Positions 20,335 through 29,779 of a stretch of 64,000 nucleotides of DNA are shown here, piece by piece (position 1 is the first letter of the stretch; the number at the start of each line of letters is the position of its first letter). The notes beneath the pieces were generated by a model. The model did no database searches, had not been told where the DNA came from, and saw only the letters and a list, made by a program, of their open reading frames with translations. Made by a program: the position numbers and the translations under genes. The stretch comes from Elusimicrobiota bacterium (GTDB lineage Bacteria; CAYTYR01; UBA6262). The stretch covers positions 67,912 to 131,911 of the forward strand of contig PMCA01000011.1 of NCBI GenBank assembly GCA_003153935.1, written 5' to 3'.

Positions 20335-21165
20335 TTACCATTTTTCTGCTCTATCCAGGACGTAAACCTTCATTGCCCTTTTGCCAAAACGGTCACATTC
20401 GGCCTCGTTATCCACAGCCAAGTCAATTCGTTTCCCCTTAATGGCGCTACCCGTATCGGCTGCATAAGCATACCCGTAACCCGGGATATACAACCTGGTG
20501 CGCAGGGGAATAACCCGGGGATCAACCGCCACAAAACCGCGCCGCAAAACCAGCCCCAGGCAGGTATGGATACCGTCTCCCCCCGGATAACACAGCGGAT
20601 CATAAGGATAATACGAGGTCGCCACCACCCGGATGCTTTTAGCTTTGGTCAGGTCATATTCCCGGGCGATCTTCCCCTTGCTGTTTTTCAAGATCAGTTT
20701 ATAGACCGGCTTCTTTTCTATTTTTTCGGCCACGATCTGCCTCGTATATTCTACCTGGTCATGATAATTTATCTTGATTTGCCGGCGACGGTTACCGACA
20801 TAACCGCGCTGTATTTCCACCAGCCGCAGGTTACGGCGGGATTCGTCCCGTTGAGTGACAGTGTACGGCAGGTTATCCTGACTGTTAATAATTTCCTCAG
20901 TAACTTTTACTATGCTTATATCCTGCCCCGGCGGCAGGCGCTGTTCAAGTTCCGGAGTGATGATATCGTTAGGTCCGTATTCTATCCGGTTAGCTTCCAG
21001 GATATGGGCCACCTGTCGGTCAATAGCCCGGACGTTGATCACCTTGCCGTCCACTTTAATATTCACTTTGGCGTAGATCCAGTAATAGGGGATCAGGACC
21101 ATGCTGCAAAACACCGCGGTGACAGTCCAGAAATTCGGCAGTTTTTTTTGTCCGTTATTTACCAT
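20335..21165 (-). CDS. YabE-like cell-wall protein (ubiquitin-like/G5 + 3D domain)
   Basis: VAVDPRVIPL...YIPGYG...AADTGSAIKGKRIDL 3D domain; follows tatD as in Bacillus. Confidence 0.85.
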   Translation of the reverse strand: MVNNGQKKLPNFWTVTAVFCSMVLIPYYWIYAKVNIKVDGKVINVRAIDRQVAHILEANRIEYGPNDIITPELEQRLPPGQDISIVKVTEEIINSQDNLPYTVTQRDESRRNLRLVEIQRGYVGNRRRQIKINYHDQVEYTRQIVAEKIEKKPVYKLILKNSKGKIAREYDLTKAKSIRVVATSYYPYDPLCYPGGDGIHTCLGLVLRRGFVAVDPRVIPLRTRLYIPGYGYAYAADTGSAIKGKRIDLAVDNEAECDRFGKRAMKVYVLDRAEKW

Positions 21166-21769
21166 AGCTCTTTTCTTTCATGATATCGTCATTATGACGC
21201 AACCGGAAGGTCACTCCCAGCTCCCCGGTCACTATTTGTTCCATTTTTTTCACGTCCATCTCCGGCAGGGCTACGGCCGTGACGGTTACCCGGCGAATGT
21301 ATTTTTTGCACTCCAGTATGAACTCTTTCACTTTTTGATAAGTGTCCGGACCGAATTCCGGTTGGCATAGTTCCTGGTACTTCTCGGCGTTCTCCGCGTT
21401 CAGGCTGACGCTGACCGCGTCAATATACGGGGCCAGTTCCGGTACGATATTGCGCTTATATATAAGATTTCCATGCCCGTTGGTATTCAGCCGGACGGTT
21501 ACTTTTTTTTCTTTTAGGTACTTAGCCACGGCCAGCACTTCGGGTAGTCGCAGCAGCGGTTCGCCATAGCCGCAAAAAACCACTTCCCGATACTGGTCCG
21601 GATCGCCTATGGCGGCGATCAATTCTTCCATCGTCGGTTCAGCTGCCAGTTTTAAATTATACCCCTGCAATTGATCAGTTTTAAAGCGCACGCAAAAACT
21701 GCAGGTATTGGTGCAGCGGTTGGTTATATTTAAGTATAGAGAGTGTCCGATACGGTAAACTATATCCAT
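21155..21769 (-). CDS. TatD-associated radical SAM protein
   Basis: LYLNITNRCTNTCSFC (CxxxCxxC), VVFCGYGEP; adjacent to tatD. Confidence 0.88.
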   Translation of the reverse strand: MDIVYRIGHSLYLNITNRCTNTCSFCVRFKTDQLQGYNLKLAAEPTMEELIAAIGDPDQYREVVFCGYGEPLLRLPEVLAVAKYLKEKKVTVRLNTNGHGNLIYKRNIVPELAPYIDAVSVSLNAENAEKYQELCQPEFGPDTYQKVKEFILECKKYIRRVTVTAVALPEMDVKKMEQIVTGELGVTFRLRHNDDIMKEKSYGK

Positions 21770-22543
21770 TTAAACCCCGGCTAACGGTAATTTAAAAAGC
21801 CGCGCGGCGTTGGCGGTAGTCTGCCGGGCGATGGTAGCGCTATCCGTGTTCCTTAACTCGGCTACTTTGGCCGCCATGTGCACCAGGTAGCTGGGCTCGT
21901 TGCGCCCGCCCCGATGCTGTTGCGGGGCCAGATAAGGAGCGTCTGTTTCCAGCAATAATTTGTCGGCTGGCAAATACTTTACCGCATCCTGCAGGACCAG
22001 TGAACGGGGAAACGTAACTACGCCGGTAATGCCGATCAAATAACCCAGCCCGACTAGCTCCTCCGCTTCGGAGCGGTTACCGGAAAAACAATGGATAACC
22101 CCGGTCAGACCCGTATATTTTCTTAAAATATCTATTACCTCGTTGGTGGCTTCACGGCTATGGACCACCACCGGCAAGCCCAATTCCCGGGCCAAGTCCA
22201 GCTGGGCGATAAAAGCCTGGCGTTGTACGTCTTTAGGGGAAAGGTTGCGGTAATAATCCAAACCGATCTCCCCGATAGCTACCACTTTCTTTTCTGCCGT
22301 TAACTGTTTAATGACTTGCGCCGTGGCCGGAGTAAAGTTACAAGCGTCGTGGGGATGAACCCCGACGACGGCAAAAATACAGTCGTGCTGAGCGGCCAGG
22401 GATACGGCTTGCCAGCTGGACGATTCGTCGTAACTGACCACAATGATCAGCTCCACCCCGGCATTTTTAGCCCTGGTCATGACCGCCGCCTGGTCCTGGC
22501 TGTAGACCTTATCCTGCAAATGAGCGTGAGTGTCTATGAGCAA
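21770..22543 (-). CDS. tatD: TatD family deoxyribonuclease
   Basis: IDTHAHL, GVHPH, IGEIGLDY, HSREA, IHCFSG, LETDAPYL; start moved to TTG 22543. Confidence 0.93.
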   Translation of the reverse strand: MLIDTHAHLQDKVYSQDQAAVMTRAKNAGVELIIVVSYDESSSWQAVSLAAQHDCIFAVVGVHPHDACNFTPATAQVIKQLTAEKKVVAIGEIGLDYYRNLSPKDVQRQAFIAQLDLARELGLPVVVHSREATNEVIDILRKYTGLTGVIHCFSGNRSEAEELVGLGYLIGITGVVTFPRSLVLQDAVKYLPADKLLLETDAPYLAPQQHRGGRNEPSYLVHMAAKVAELRNTDSATIARQTTANAARLFKLPLAGV

Positions 22544-24090
22544 CGCGCGCCCTCTTCGTTTATTTCCAGTTTGGGGAATAAGGGTTGGCCCTTGAGTATG
22601 CGTGTTTTGCCCGGGAACTGGTTGAGGCTGGTTTTTGTAATTTCCAGCTCTGCCGGCGTTCCGGGTAATCCCAGCTGTTCCCACATCAGCTGGCTGATCT
22701 TGGGCATGAACGGGGAAAGATAGACGGCGACCAGGCGCAAAATATCCACCAGGTTATAGAGGACAGCGGCTAATTCTTCCTTATCCGTTTTGGCTAATTT
22801 CCACGGTGCTTTATTTTCAATATACCGGTTAGCGGCGTCAATTATCTCCCAGATCCTTTCCAACGCTAAACTAAAAGCCAGCTCGCTTAAATGCTGCTCG
22901 ATCCTGGCCGGCAAGGCCTGTGCCAGCCGGGTTAAAGTCTCGTCCGTTTTTCGCCCTGGAGCTGGATCCGGCACGATCCCTGCAAAATATTTTTCCAGCA
23001 TGGTCAGGGTACGATTGAGCAGGTTGCCGAGATTATTGGCCAGGTCCGCCTGGTAACGCGCGGACAAAGCGGTCTCGGAGAAATCCCCGTCCTGGCCAAA
23101 GGGCACTTCCCGCAGCAGGAAGTAGCGATAACTATCCACGCCGAACTGCGCGCTGATCTTAAGCGGGTCCACTACGTTGCCACGCGACTTGGACATCTTC
23201 TCTCCGGCGATGGTCCACCAGCCATGGGCAAATATCTTTTTCGGCAGCTCGATCCCGGCCGCCAGCAGCAGCGCCGGCCAAATTATCGCGTGGAACTTCA
23301 AGATATCCTTGCCGATCACCTGCACATCGGCGGGCCAGACCCGGCCGAAGCGTTCCGGTTCTATTCCGTATCCCGGCGCGCTGATGTAATTAAGGAGCGC
23401 GTCGAACCAGACATAGATCACCTGTTCCTGGTCGAAGGGACAGGCAATGCCCCACCCTCCGATCCGGCTGCGGGGACGGGAAACGCTGAGATCCCTTAAC
23501 CCGCTTTTGACAAAATTTACGATCTCATGATAGCGGCCCAACGGCTGCACAAAATCCGGATGGCTTTCTATATAAGCCAGCAACTGATCCTGGTATTTGG
23601 ACATGCGGAAGAAATATGTATTCTCTTTAAGTTTTTCCAGGGGACGCCCGCAATCCGGGCACAGTCCTTTTTCTATCTGCGTCTCCAGGTAGAAGGTCTC
23701 GCAGGGAACGCAATACCACCCTTCATACTGGCCGGGATAGATATCACCTTTGGCATGCAGATCGGCAAATAACTTCTGCACCACCTTTTCATGCCGGGGA
23801 TCGGTAGTGCGGATAAAATCATCGTTACCGATATTAAGGGCTTTCCACATGGCTTTGTATTTTTCCACTACTTCGTCCACTAATTGCTGTGGTTCTTTAC
23901 CGGCCGCCTTGGCCGCCTGGCTGACTTTCTGCCCATGCTCGTCGGTGCCGGTCAGGAAATAGGTCTCCCGCCCGTTCAGTCGCTGGTAGCGCGACAGCAC
24001 ATCGCAGGCAATCGTGGTATACGAATGCCCGATATGGGGCGTATCGTTTACGTAATAGATCGGGGTGGTAATATAAAAAACCTTGTTCAT
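22534..24090 (-). CDS. metG: Methionine--tRNA ligase (short form, no C-terminal tRNA-binding domain)
   Basis: FYITTPIYY, HIGH, YVWFDAL, KMSKS; start at ATG 24090. Confidence 0.96.
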   Translation of the reverse strand: MNKVFYITTPIYYVNDTPHIGHSYTTIACDVLSRYQRLNGRETYFLTGTDEHGQKVSQAAKAAGKEPQQLVDEVVEKYKAMWKALNIGNDDFIRTTDPRHEKVVQKLFADLHAKGDIYPGQYEGWYCVPCETFYLETQIEKGLCPDCGRPLEKLKENTYFFRMSKYQDQLLAYIESHPDFVQPLGRYHEIVNFVKSGLRDLSVSRPRSRIGGWGIACPFDQEQVIYVWFDALLNYISAPGYGIEPERFGRVWPADVQVIGKDILKFHAIIWPALLLAAGIELPKKIFAHGWWTIAGEKMSKSRGNVVDPLKISAQFGVDSYRYFLLREVPFGQDGDFSETALSARYQADLANNLGNLLNRTLTMLEKYFAGIVPDPAPGRKTDETLTRLAQALPARIEQHLSELAFSLALERIWEIIDAANRYIENKAPWKLAKTDKEELAAVLYNLVDILRLVAVYLSPFMPKISQLMWEQLGLPGTPAELEITKTSLNQFPGKTRILKGQPLFPKLEINEEGARCS

Positions 24091-24908
24091 TTTTTGATTT
24101 CCTTGGCCACCGGTTTGGCGCCGCTGATGTCGGCCAGGCTGCACTCACGCACCGTGCCGTCTTCCATCTCGATAATGATCTTCTGGCATAATATATTTAC
24201 GCTTCTAACCCGGCCGTTGCCTTCTTTGATCTTGATCCGGGAGTCAACTTCCGGATATTTTTTTCGCTCTTCCTGGTAAAAATTATATTCGTAGGACAGG
24301 CAGCACATCAGACGGCCGCAAACCCCGGATATCTTGCTGGACGCCAGGGATAATTCCTGTTCCTTGGCCATGTCTATGGTTACCGGTTTGAAATCCTTGA
24401 GAAAAGTAACGCAGCATAGGCGGCGCCCGCAGCAGCCGAAACCGCCAACCATTTTGGCTTCGTCCCTGACCCCGACCTGGCACATCTCGATGCGCGTCTT
24501 GAATATATAGGCCAAATCCTTTACCAACTCCCGGAAATCCACCCTTTCCGGCGCCGTATAATAGATAAATAATTTACTGCGGCTGAAGGTGTATTCAACT
24601 GTGACCAGTTTCATATTTAATTCCCGGTCTTCCACTTTCTCGACGCAGCTTTTGAACGCCTCTTCCTCTTTTTTCTGGTTAACGCTTACCTGGTTGCGGT
24701 CTTCATTGTTCAACCGCCGCACCAGCTTTTTTATATCGGCCGGCGGAGAGTCGCTGTTTTTCGGCAAAGCTACGACCTGACCTGCTTCCAGGCCATTTTC
24801 CGTTTCCACCAGGCATTCCTCGCCGACGTTCAGCTCCAGCTGTTCCGGCATGATAAAATAACTGATCTCTTTCAGTTTGCGATATGAAACATGCACTATT
24901 TTAGGCAT
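24087..24908 (-). CDS. yaaT: PSP1/YaaT (RicT) family protein
   Basis: RVDFRELVKDL, GVRDEAK, GCCGRRLCC, CGRLMCCLSYE. Confidence 0.9.
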   Translation of the reverse strand: MPKIVHVSYRKLKEISYFIMPEQLELNVGEECLVETENGLEAGQVVALPKNSDSPPADIKKLVRRLNNEDRNQVSVNQKKEEEAFKSCVEKVEDRELNMKLVTVEYTFSRSKLFIYYTAPERVDFRELVKDLAYIFKTRIEMCQVGVRDEAKMVGGFGCCGRRLCCVTFLKDFKPVTIDMAKEQELSLASSKISGVCGRLMCCLSYEYNFYQEERKKYPEVDSRIKIKEGNGRVRSVNILCQKIIIEMEDGTVRECSLADISGAKPVAKEIKK

Positions 24909-25731
24909 TTTTTATCCTTAAGAAAATGTTTTCCAGGGTTAACCGGAGATTTATATTTCTGAACATGTTTTGTTTGGCCTGCAGGATACTGTCCACGATA
25001 TCCTGCCGCACTGGCGCCGAGCCACGGGCATAATGATACAACATCAGATCCAGGATTAAATTTACTCCTTCTTTATCCCAGGACAGTTTTTGCGTGGCGT
25101 TAAAGATATTTTCCCAACTCTGCCCAGGCAAGCCTTGGACGAATTCATCCCATTCTTTCTTCTTGGCAAAGATATCCGCCTGCAGATAGTGTTCGGCTAG
25201 GCCCATGCTGCCCTGGGCGAAAGTCGCCAGGAAACTTAATTGCTCCTTATCTAACCCGTCGCGGTTCGGCAGTAAACCGGCCATTTCTTCCGCGGTTAAC
25301 GGCAGGAAATTTATCCGCTGGCACCGGGACAGGATAGTGGGCAACAGGGCCGCGGGATTGGCGCTGACCAGCACCAAAACTGAATCCCCCGGCGGTTCTT
25401 CCAGTGTCTTAAGCAAACAGTTAGCGGCGTCCTTGGTTAAAATATGCGCGTTATCAATGATAAAAACCTTATATTTAGCTACCAGGGGCCGCAGCATTAT
25501 TTCTGCCTGCAATTCCCGTACCTGCTCTATTTTTATAGCGTTGGTTTTTTCTTCCTTGCTGATGATTCGGACATCCGCCTGCAGCGCCCGCGCGAATTCC
25601 AGCGCCACCAGCTTTTTGCCTACGCCTTCCGGACCGGCAAACAGATAGGCCGAAGCGACTTGCCCGTTCTTGACCGCCTGCCGCAACCTGGTTCTTATTT
25701 CCTTATGCCCTACTATGGGCGCTGTTTCCAT
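24901..25731 (-). CDS. holB: DNA polymerase III delta-prime subunit
   Basis: AYLFAGPEGVGK, IKIEQVREL, AANCLLKTLEEPP, TILSRC; follows tmk. Confidence 0.9.
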   Translation of the reverse strand: METAPIVGHKEIRTRLRQAVKNGQVASAYLFAGPEGVGKKLVALEFARALQADVRIISKEEKTNAIKIEQVRELQAEIMLRPLVAKYKVFIIDNAHILTKDAANCLLKTLEEPPGDSVLVLVSANPAALLPTILSRCQRINFLPLTAEEMAGLLPNRDGLDKEQLSFLATFAQGSMGLAEHYLQADIFAKKKEWDEFVQGLPGQSWENIFNATQKLSWDKEGVNLILDLMLYHYARGSAPVRQDIVDSILQAKQNMFRNINLRLTLENIFLRIKNA

Positions 25732-26357
25732 GATCGTATTTTCTTTTCCAGTAGTTTAATTATCAGTTGATGCGTTTTCTCAATTGATTGTTTGGCCGTG
25801 ATTATTTTGATGCGGCCCGGTTCCCGCCTGGCCAAGGCCAGGTACCCATTACGGACCCGGCGGTGAAAAGCCAGCTTTTCTCTTTCAAACCGGTCCTTGG
25901 TCCCTTTAGCTTGGAGCACTTTTCTCAGTCCCCGCGCCGGGTCTATGTCCAGCAGGAAGGTCAGATCCGGGGCCAACCCCTGGGCTGCCAGGTTATTCAT
26001 TTGGCTGATCATCTTCCGGTCCAAGCCGCGTCCATAACCCTGGTAAGCCAGTGTAGCGTCATTAAACCTCTCACAGACTACTACGCTACCGGCGGCTATC
26101 GCCGGCTTGATCAAATGTCCGACATGCTGGGACCGGCAGGCCCAATAAAGGAAAAGTTCACCCGCGGGGGTGATCTTATTAGCAGGAGCCAATAGGATGC
26201 CGCGTAGCTTTTCGGCTACTGAATCACCACCCGGTTCCCGGGTATGCACCGCCTGCCAACCGTTCTTCTTCAAATAGTCGACCAATAAAAGGGCCTGGGT
26301 GGTTTTGCCACTGCCATCGGGCCCTTCCAGTGTAATAAACAGCCCGGATTTTTTCAT
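25713..26357 (-). CDS. tmk: Thymidylate kinase
   Basis: FITLEGPDGSGKTTQ, TREPGG, AYQGYGRG, PDLTFLLD. Confidence 0.95.
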   Translation of the reverse strand: MKKSGLFITLEGPDGSGKTTQALLLVDYLKKNGWQAVHTREPGGDSVAEKLRGILLAPANKITPAGELFLYWACRSQHVGHLIKPAIAAGSVVVCERFNDATLAYQGYGRGLDRKMISQMNNLAAQGLAPDLTFLLDIDPARGLRKVLQAKGTKDRFEREKLAFHRRVRNGYLALARREPGRIKIITAKQSIEKTHQLIIKLLEKKIRSWKQRP

Positions 26358-26362
26358 TTTAT

Positions 26363-26857
26363 TTACTCGTTTTTAAGGTGGGTGTAGCTTTCCAGAGTTA
26401 CCATTTGCTCGTTCTTAGCTAAAACCAGCTTGATATAGATGCAGCGCGGATCCTCATCCGGGGGAATAGTGGCCGGATTGCTTTTGGCGAAATATATCTG
26501 ATTTAAATTGGCGGTAACGGTGCTTTCCACTCCATTCAATTGACGCCATAAGGTCGTGCCGTTTAAATAATAGCTCACGTTGAAGGTCCCGGTATCCTTT
26601 ACCATAGTGAAAGATATTTTGCTGTTGGCCGGCGTAGCTCCAGTATATACTACGACTGTGGACGCTTGCGCTTGCCGGATATACTGGGTCATTTCGTCCA
26701 TAGCTACCCGGGCGCCCTGCTGTACTTCTACCTGGGAATAATTCTTCTTCCAGCTTTTGGCAGTGTTTTCAAAAAATCTAGCACCAGCTATAACCAGCAC
26801 CCCCATTATCATGACTACCATCATGATTTCTGTGAGGGTAAACCCTTTATCCTTCAC
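26363..26857 (-). CDS. Minor pilin (PilW/FimU-like)
   Basis: DKG|FTLTEIMMV prepilin motif; QQGARVAMDEM. Confidence 0.8.
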   Translation of the reverse strand: MKDKGFTLTEIMMVVMIMGVLVIAGARFFENTAKSWKKNYSQVEVQQGARVAMDEMTQYIRQAQASTVVVYTGATPANSKISFTMVKDTGTFNVSYYLNGTTLWRQLNGVESTVTANLNQIYFAKSNPATIPPDEDPRCIYIKLVLAKNEQMVTLESYTHLKNE

Positions 26858-26907
26858 GCTGTCCCCCGAGAGCCTAAACTTTCTTCCCTACGGACATATT
26901 ATACTGA

Positions 26908-28323
26908 TTATTTCACTTCTTGCCAAGTAATAATTTTAAATGGGTACAAGCTGTCGGCATTGCTTATGGCGGTGGGGTCGTAAAGTATATCCGCAGTGCC
27001 AAGGATAGCCGCCACATCAACCATGGATTGGGTCAAGATACTACCGCGAATTAAGGCATGCCCGGCCATATGAAAACTGCCTAAGACATAGATAACGCCG
27101 TCGAATTGTCCGCCGCCATTCATGTCAAAATCGCCATTTACTATCAAGATCCCGCTGCCCGACCAGCCCGCATTGACATGAAAATTACCCTCGATCCAGG
27201 TGATCCCATGGCAAGCCACGTTATTGGCCGGGTTATAATATTTAGCATTGGCAAACCCAACTAATTGCGCCTGGGTCAAACCGAAAACATCTTCAAAACT
27301 GGGGAAGGGAGCGTTCCCTGTGGGAGGATTGCCGGCGACTGAACCGCTGCCAAAGGTGTTGACATTGTTGCCCACAGGCACCAGCACCCCGGTTATAGAA
27401 CCGCCGCCAATATGGGCGTTACCGCCTATGTTAACGTTACCGCCGCATGTCAACGCGCTGTCCACGGAGATATTGCCCGCTAATTTTTCGACGGTTGCTT
27501 TTATCTTCTTGGAATATACGCTTACTTTACTGGTAGACAATATGTCCCGTTTATTGGGAAAGCCGGCCGGCGTGGAAACAACCACAGTAAATTGGCCCTC
27601 TCCTAACGAAGTCCCGTCCTCTCCGGCATAGCTGGCGTCTCGGTTCAATTCCCACATCGCTTTTTCTATCCCGGCGTCAGCTACATAAAGAGCGCTATTC
27701 CCCTTACTGCTTTTTACGGTTTTTTGGCTTTCGCTCCTGGTAACATAAACCAAGGAAGTGCCTATACCTAAAACAATGATCAGTACGCCTACGGCAAATA
27801 GCAGGGTATTACCTCGGTTATCTTTGACCTTCATTTTCCTGACTAGGATGAAGATCCCAAACCCTAACAGGACTAAAAGCATCGCTCCCGGCAGCCAGAT
27901 AGGCCAGCCAGAGCCACTTTCTTCATTGGCCAAGGCTTTTTCTCTGGCTTGCGCTGCTTCTTTATTAATCATGACCATTGATGGTGCTGGTTGGCTGCCT
28001 ATAGGGGATACCGTGTTCGTATTTTGGTTAGCTGGTATATTAAGCTTGTCACTGTTGGCCTTCTTCCTGGCAATTTCCTCTTTGGAAGGCATGGGATAGG
28101 ACCTGGGCGCCGGCTTAACCAGGGGAACCTTGATACCTGATAAGGCTTTGGCTTTCTTTTCAGTAAGGATCTGCTGTTTCATGGCATCTTCGCGAGCTAC
28201 AGCGCTACTCAAGTCCGGGACGCCATCAGCCACGTTCCGTAAAGCAAACACCTGACTGCAAACCGTTATTAACATTAATGTCATTATTACTGAAGTTAAT
28301 AAAACCTTATGTTTCGACATCAT
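26908..28323 (-). CDS. PilX-like protein with ~165-aa N-terminal extension (signal peptide, linker, TM) before an internal prepilin site
   Basis: Internal RKMKVKDNRG|NTLLFAVGV; ALYVADAGIEKA; C-terminal GSGILIVNGD beta-helix-like repeats; ends TWQEVK. Confidence 0.7.
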   Translation of the reverse strand: MMSKHKVLLTSVIMTLMLITVCSQVFALRNVADGVPDLSSAVAREDAMKQQILTEKKAKALSGIKVPLVKPAPRSYPMPSKEEIARKKANSDKLNIPANQNTNTVSPIGSQPAPSMVMINKEAAQAREKALANEESGSGWPIWLPGAMLLVLLGFGIFILVRKMKVKDNRGNTLLFAVGVLIIVLGIGTSLVYVTRSESQKTVKSSKGNSALYVADAGIEKAMWELNRDASYAGEDGTSLGEGQFTVVVSTPAGFPNKRDILSTSKVSVYSKKIKATVEKLAGNISVDSALTCGGNVNIGGNAHIGGGSITGVLVPVGNNVNTFGSGSVAGNPPTGNAPFPSFEDVFGLTQAQLVGFANAKYYNPANNVACHGITWIEGNFHVNAGWSGSGILIVNGDFDMNGGGQFDGVIYVLGSFHMAGHALIRGSILTQSMVDVAAILGTADILYDPTAISNADSLYPFKIITWQEVK

Positions 28324-28332
28324 CCCTCCGGA

Positions 28333-29763
28333 CTATCTAACTTCCTGCCAGGAAACCAGGTATACGCCCCGCACCCGTGGCAACCCCAGATCAATAAACC
28401 TGTTCGGATCGCTATTATAACGGCTGTGCGCGCGTTCATCATAGTTGAACGTCAGACCGCTGCGATATATTATGGCTTCATCTTTGGAGATAATTGAACC
28501 GTTAAACTGGACGTCGTAACCAGAGCGGCCGGCCCAGGCATGATTGGTGTAAAACAGGCCTTCAATTTTAGAGGTATAGTTTGAAGCTAAATCGCTATAA
28601 TTGTTCACTCCCGCAGGCAAATTGCCAAAGGTAGTTACCGGCGTCTGTGTTTCCACGTCGGTCCAATTATAATTGCGCTCAATCACGCCATCTTCATTGG
28701 GGTCCGCACCCATATCAAATAAATATTGATCAGAGTACCACTGATCAGACCCGTTATATCCGTAATGATTATCCTTGGTATAATCGCCTAATATGATGTT
28801 ACCCCTGGCGGCATAAGCCACCATATCGCAATTTTTATTAGCATCTACCCATTGGTCTTCGGTTTGGCCTGCCGCCGGCCGCGGGGTAGCGGGCGCGTTT
28901 TTGTATCCCAAATTATCGGCAACATAAATGTTCCTACCGGTATATAAGGTCCCTTTACCGGTAACCACTCCTTTAAGGATAACATCTCCTCTCACCACTA
29001 CAGTACCGGTTATCTCAATAGGATGAGCAGAAGTGCCAACAAGTACTATGTTGCCGCTTTCACCGGCATCATCACCATAAACCTTGTCGATTACCGTGGC
29101 TCCGTTGATTGTCACCGTACCACTGGAAGTAAAAGCCTTGGATTCATAATAATCCAGAGACTGGAGATTAGGCATTGGTAACTGTTCAGAAAATTCATGT
29201 TGATGCGCCGGATTCCCACCCAGACCGCGGACTGGAGTACCATGGTCATCTATTTCTGCTCCGGCATAGATATCCCCTTCCACCTTGGGCCCATCAACAA
29301 AATCAAAACGCCCGTTGGAACGAACGTCGCCATAGGCTGTAATATCATGGCCCCAATACCAGCCCCAGTTATTAATGAAGTAACAATAATCAAAGACCCG
29401 CGAAATAGGATCTTTTTCAATTACCGCTTTTATCTTCTTCGTAACATTAATGCTGGTACTGTTCATTAAGGCGGTAGAAAAGAGTTGGTAGCGGCTGCTG
29501 GTTAGCTGGGTAACTGCCACGCTGAATGACCCTACGCCTAACGGAGTATTATTCTCTCCTATATAGGCATCATTATTGGTGAACTCCCAGATGGCTTTTT
29601 CAATGCCACCGTCGGCGATATAAAGAGCTTCTACTGATTTTTGGCTACGCAGGGTGTTTTTGCTGTTGCTGTGGGAAAGAAAAACCAGGGTACTTCCTAT
29701 CATAAAGATCAGCAGTAAAAACCCAAGCATGTAAACTGTGGTGAACCCTTTATTTTTTTTCAT
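28333..29763 (-). CDS. PilX-like minor pilin / tip adhesin
   Basis: NKG|FTTVYML (no E5), ALYIADGGIEKA, ends SWQEVR. Confidence 0.75.
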   Translation of the reverse strand: MKKNKGFTTVYMLGFLLLIFMIGSTLVFLSHSNSKNTLRSQKSVEALYIADGGIEKAIWEFTNNDAYIGENNTPLGVGSFSVAVTQLTSSRYQLFSTALMNSTSINVTKKIKAVIEKDPISRVFDYCYFINNWGWYWGHDITAYGDVRSNGRFDFVDGPKVEGDIYAGAEIDDHGTPVRGLGGNPAHQHEFSEQLPMPNLQSLDYYESKAFTSSGTVTINGATVIDKVYGDDAGESGNIVLVGTSAHPIEITGTVVVRGDVILKGVVTGKGTLYTGRNIYVADNLGYKNAPATPRPAAGQTEDQWVDANKNCDMVAYAARGNIILGDYTKDNHYGYNGSDQWYSDQYLFDMGADPNEDGVIERNYNWTDVETQTPVTTFGNLPAGVNNYSDLASNYTSKIEGLFYTNHAWAGRSGYDVQFNGSIISKDEAIIYRSGLTFNYDERAHSRYNSDPNRFIDLGLPRVRGVYLVSWQEVR

Positions 29764-29779
29764 AGGCCACCTCCTTAGG

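Noticed and set aside
26859..26868. CTGTCCCCC resembling the start of the hairpin element
   Set aside because: No complementary arm; on the minus strand it is the GGGGGA ribosome-binding site of the pilin GTG start
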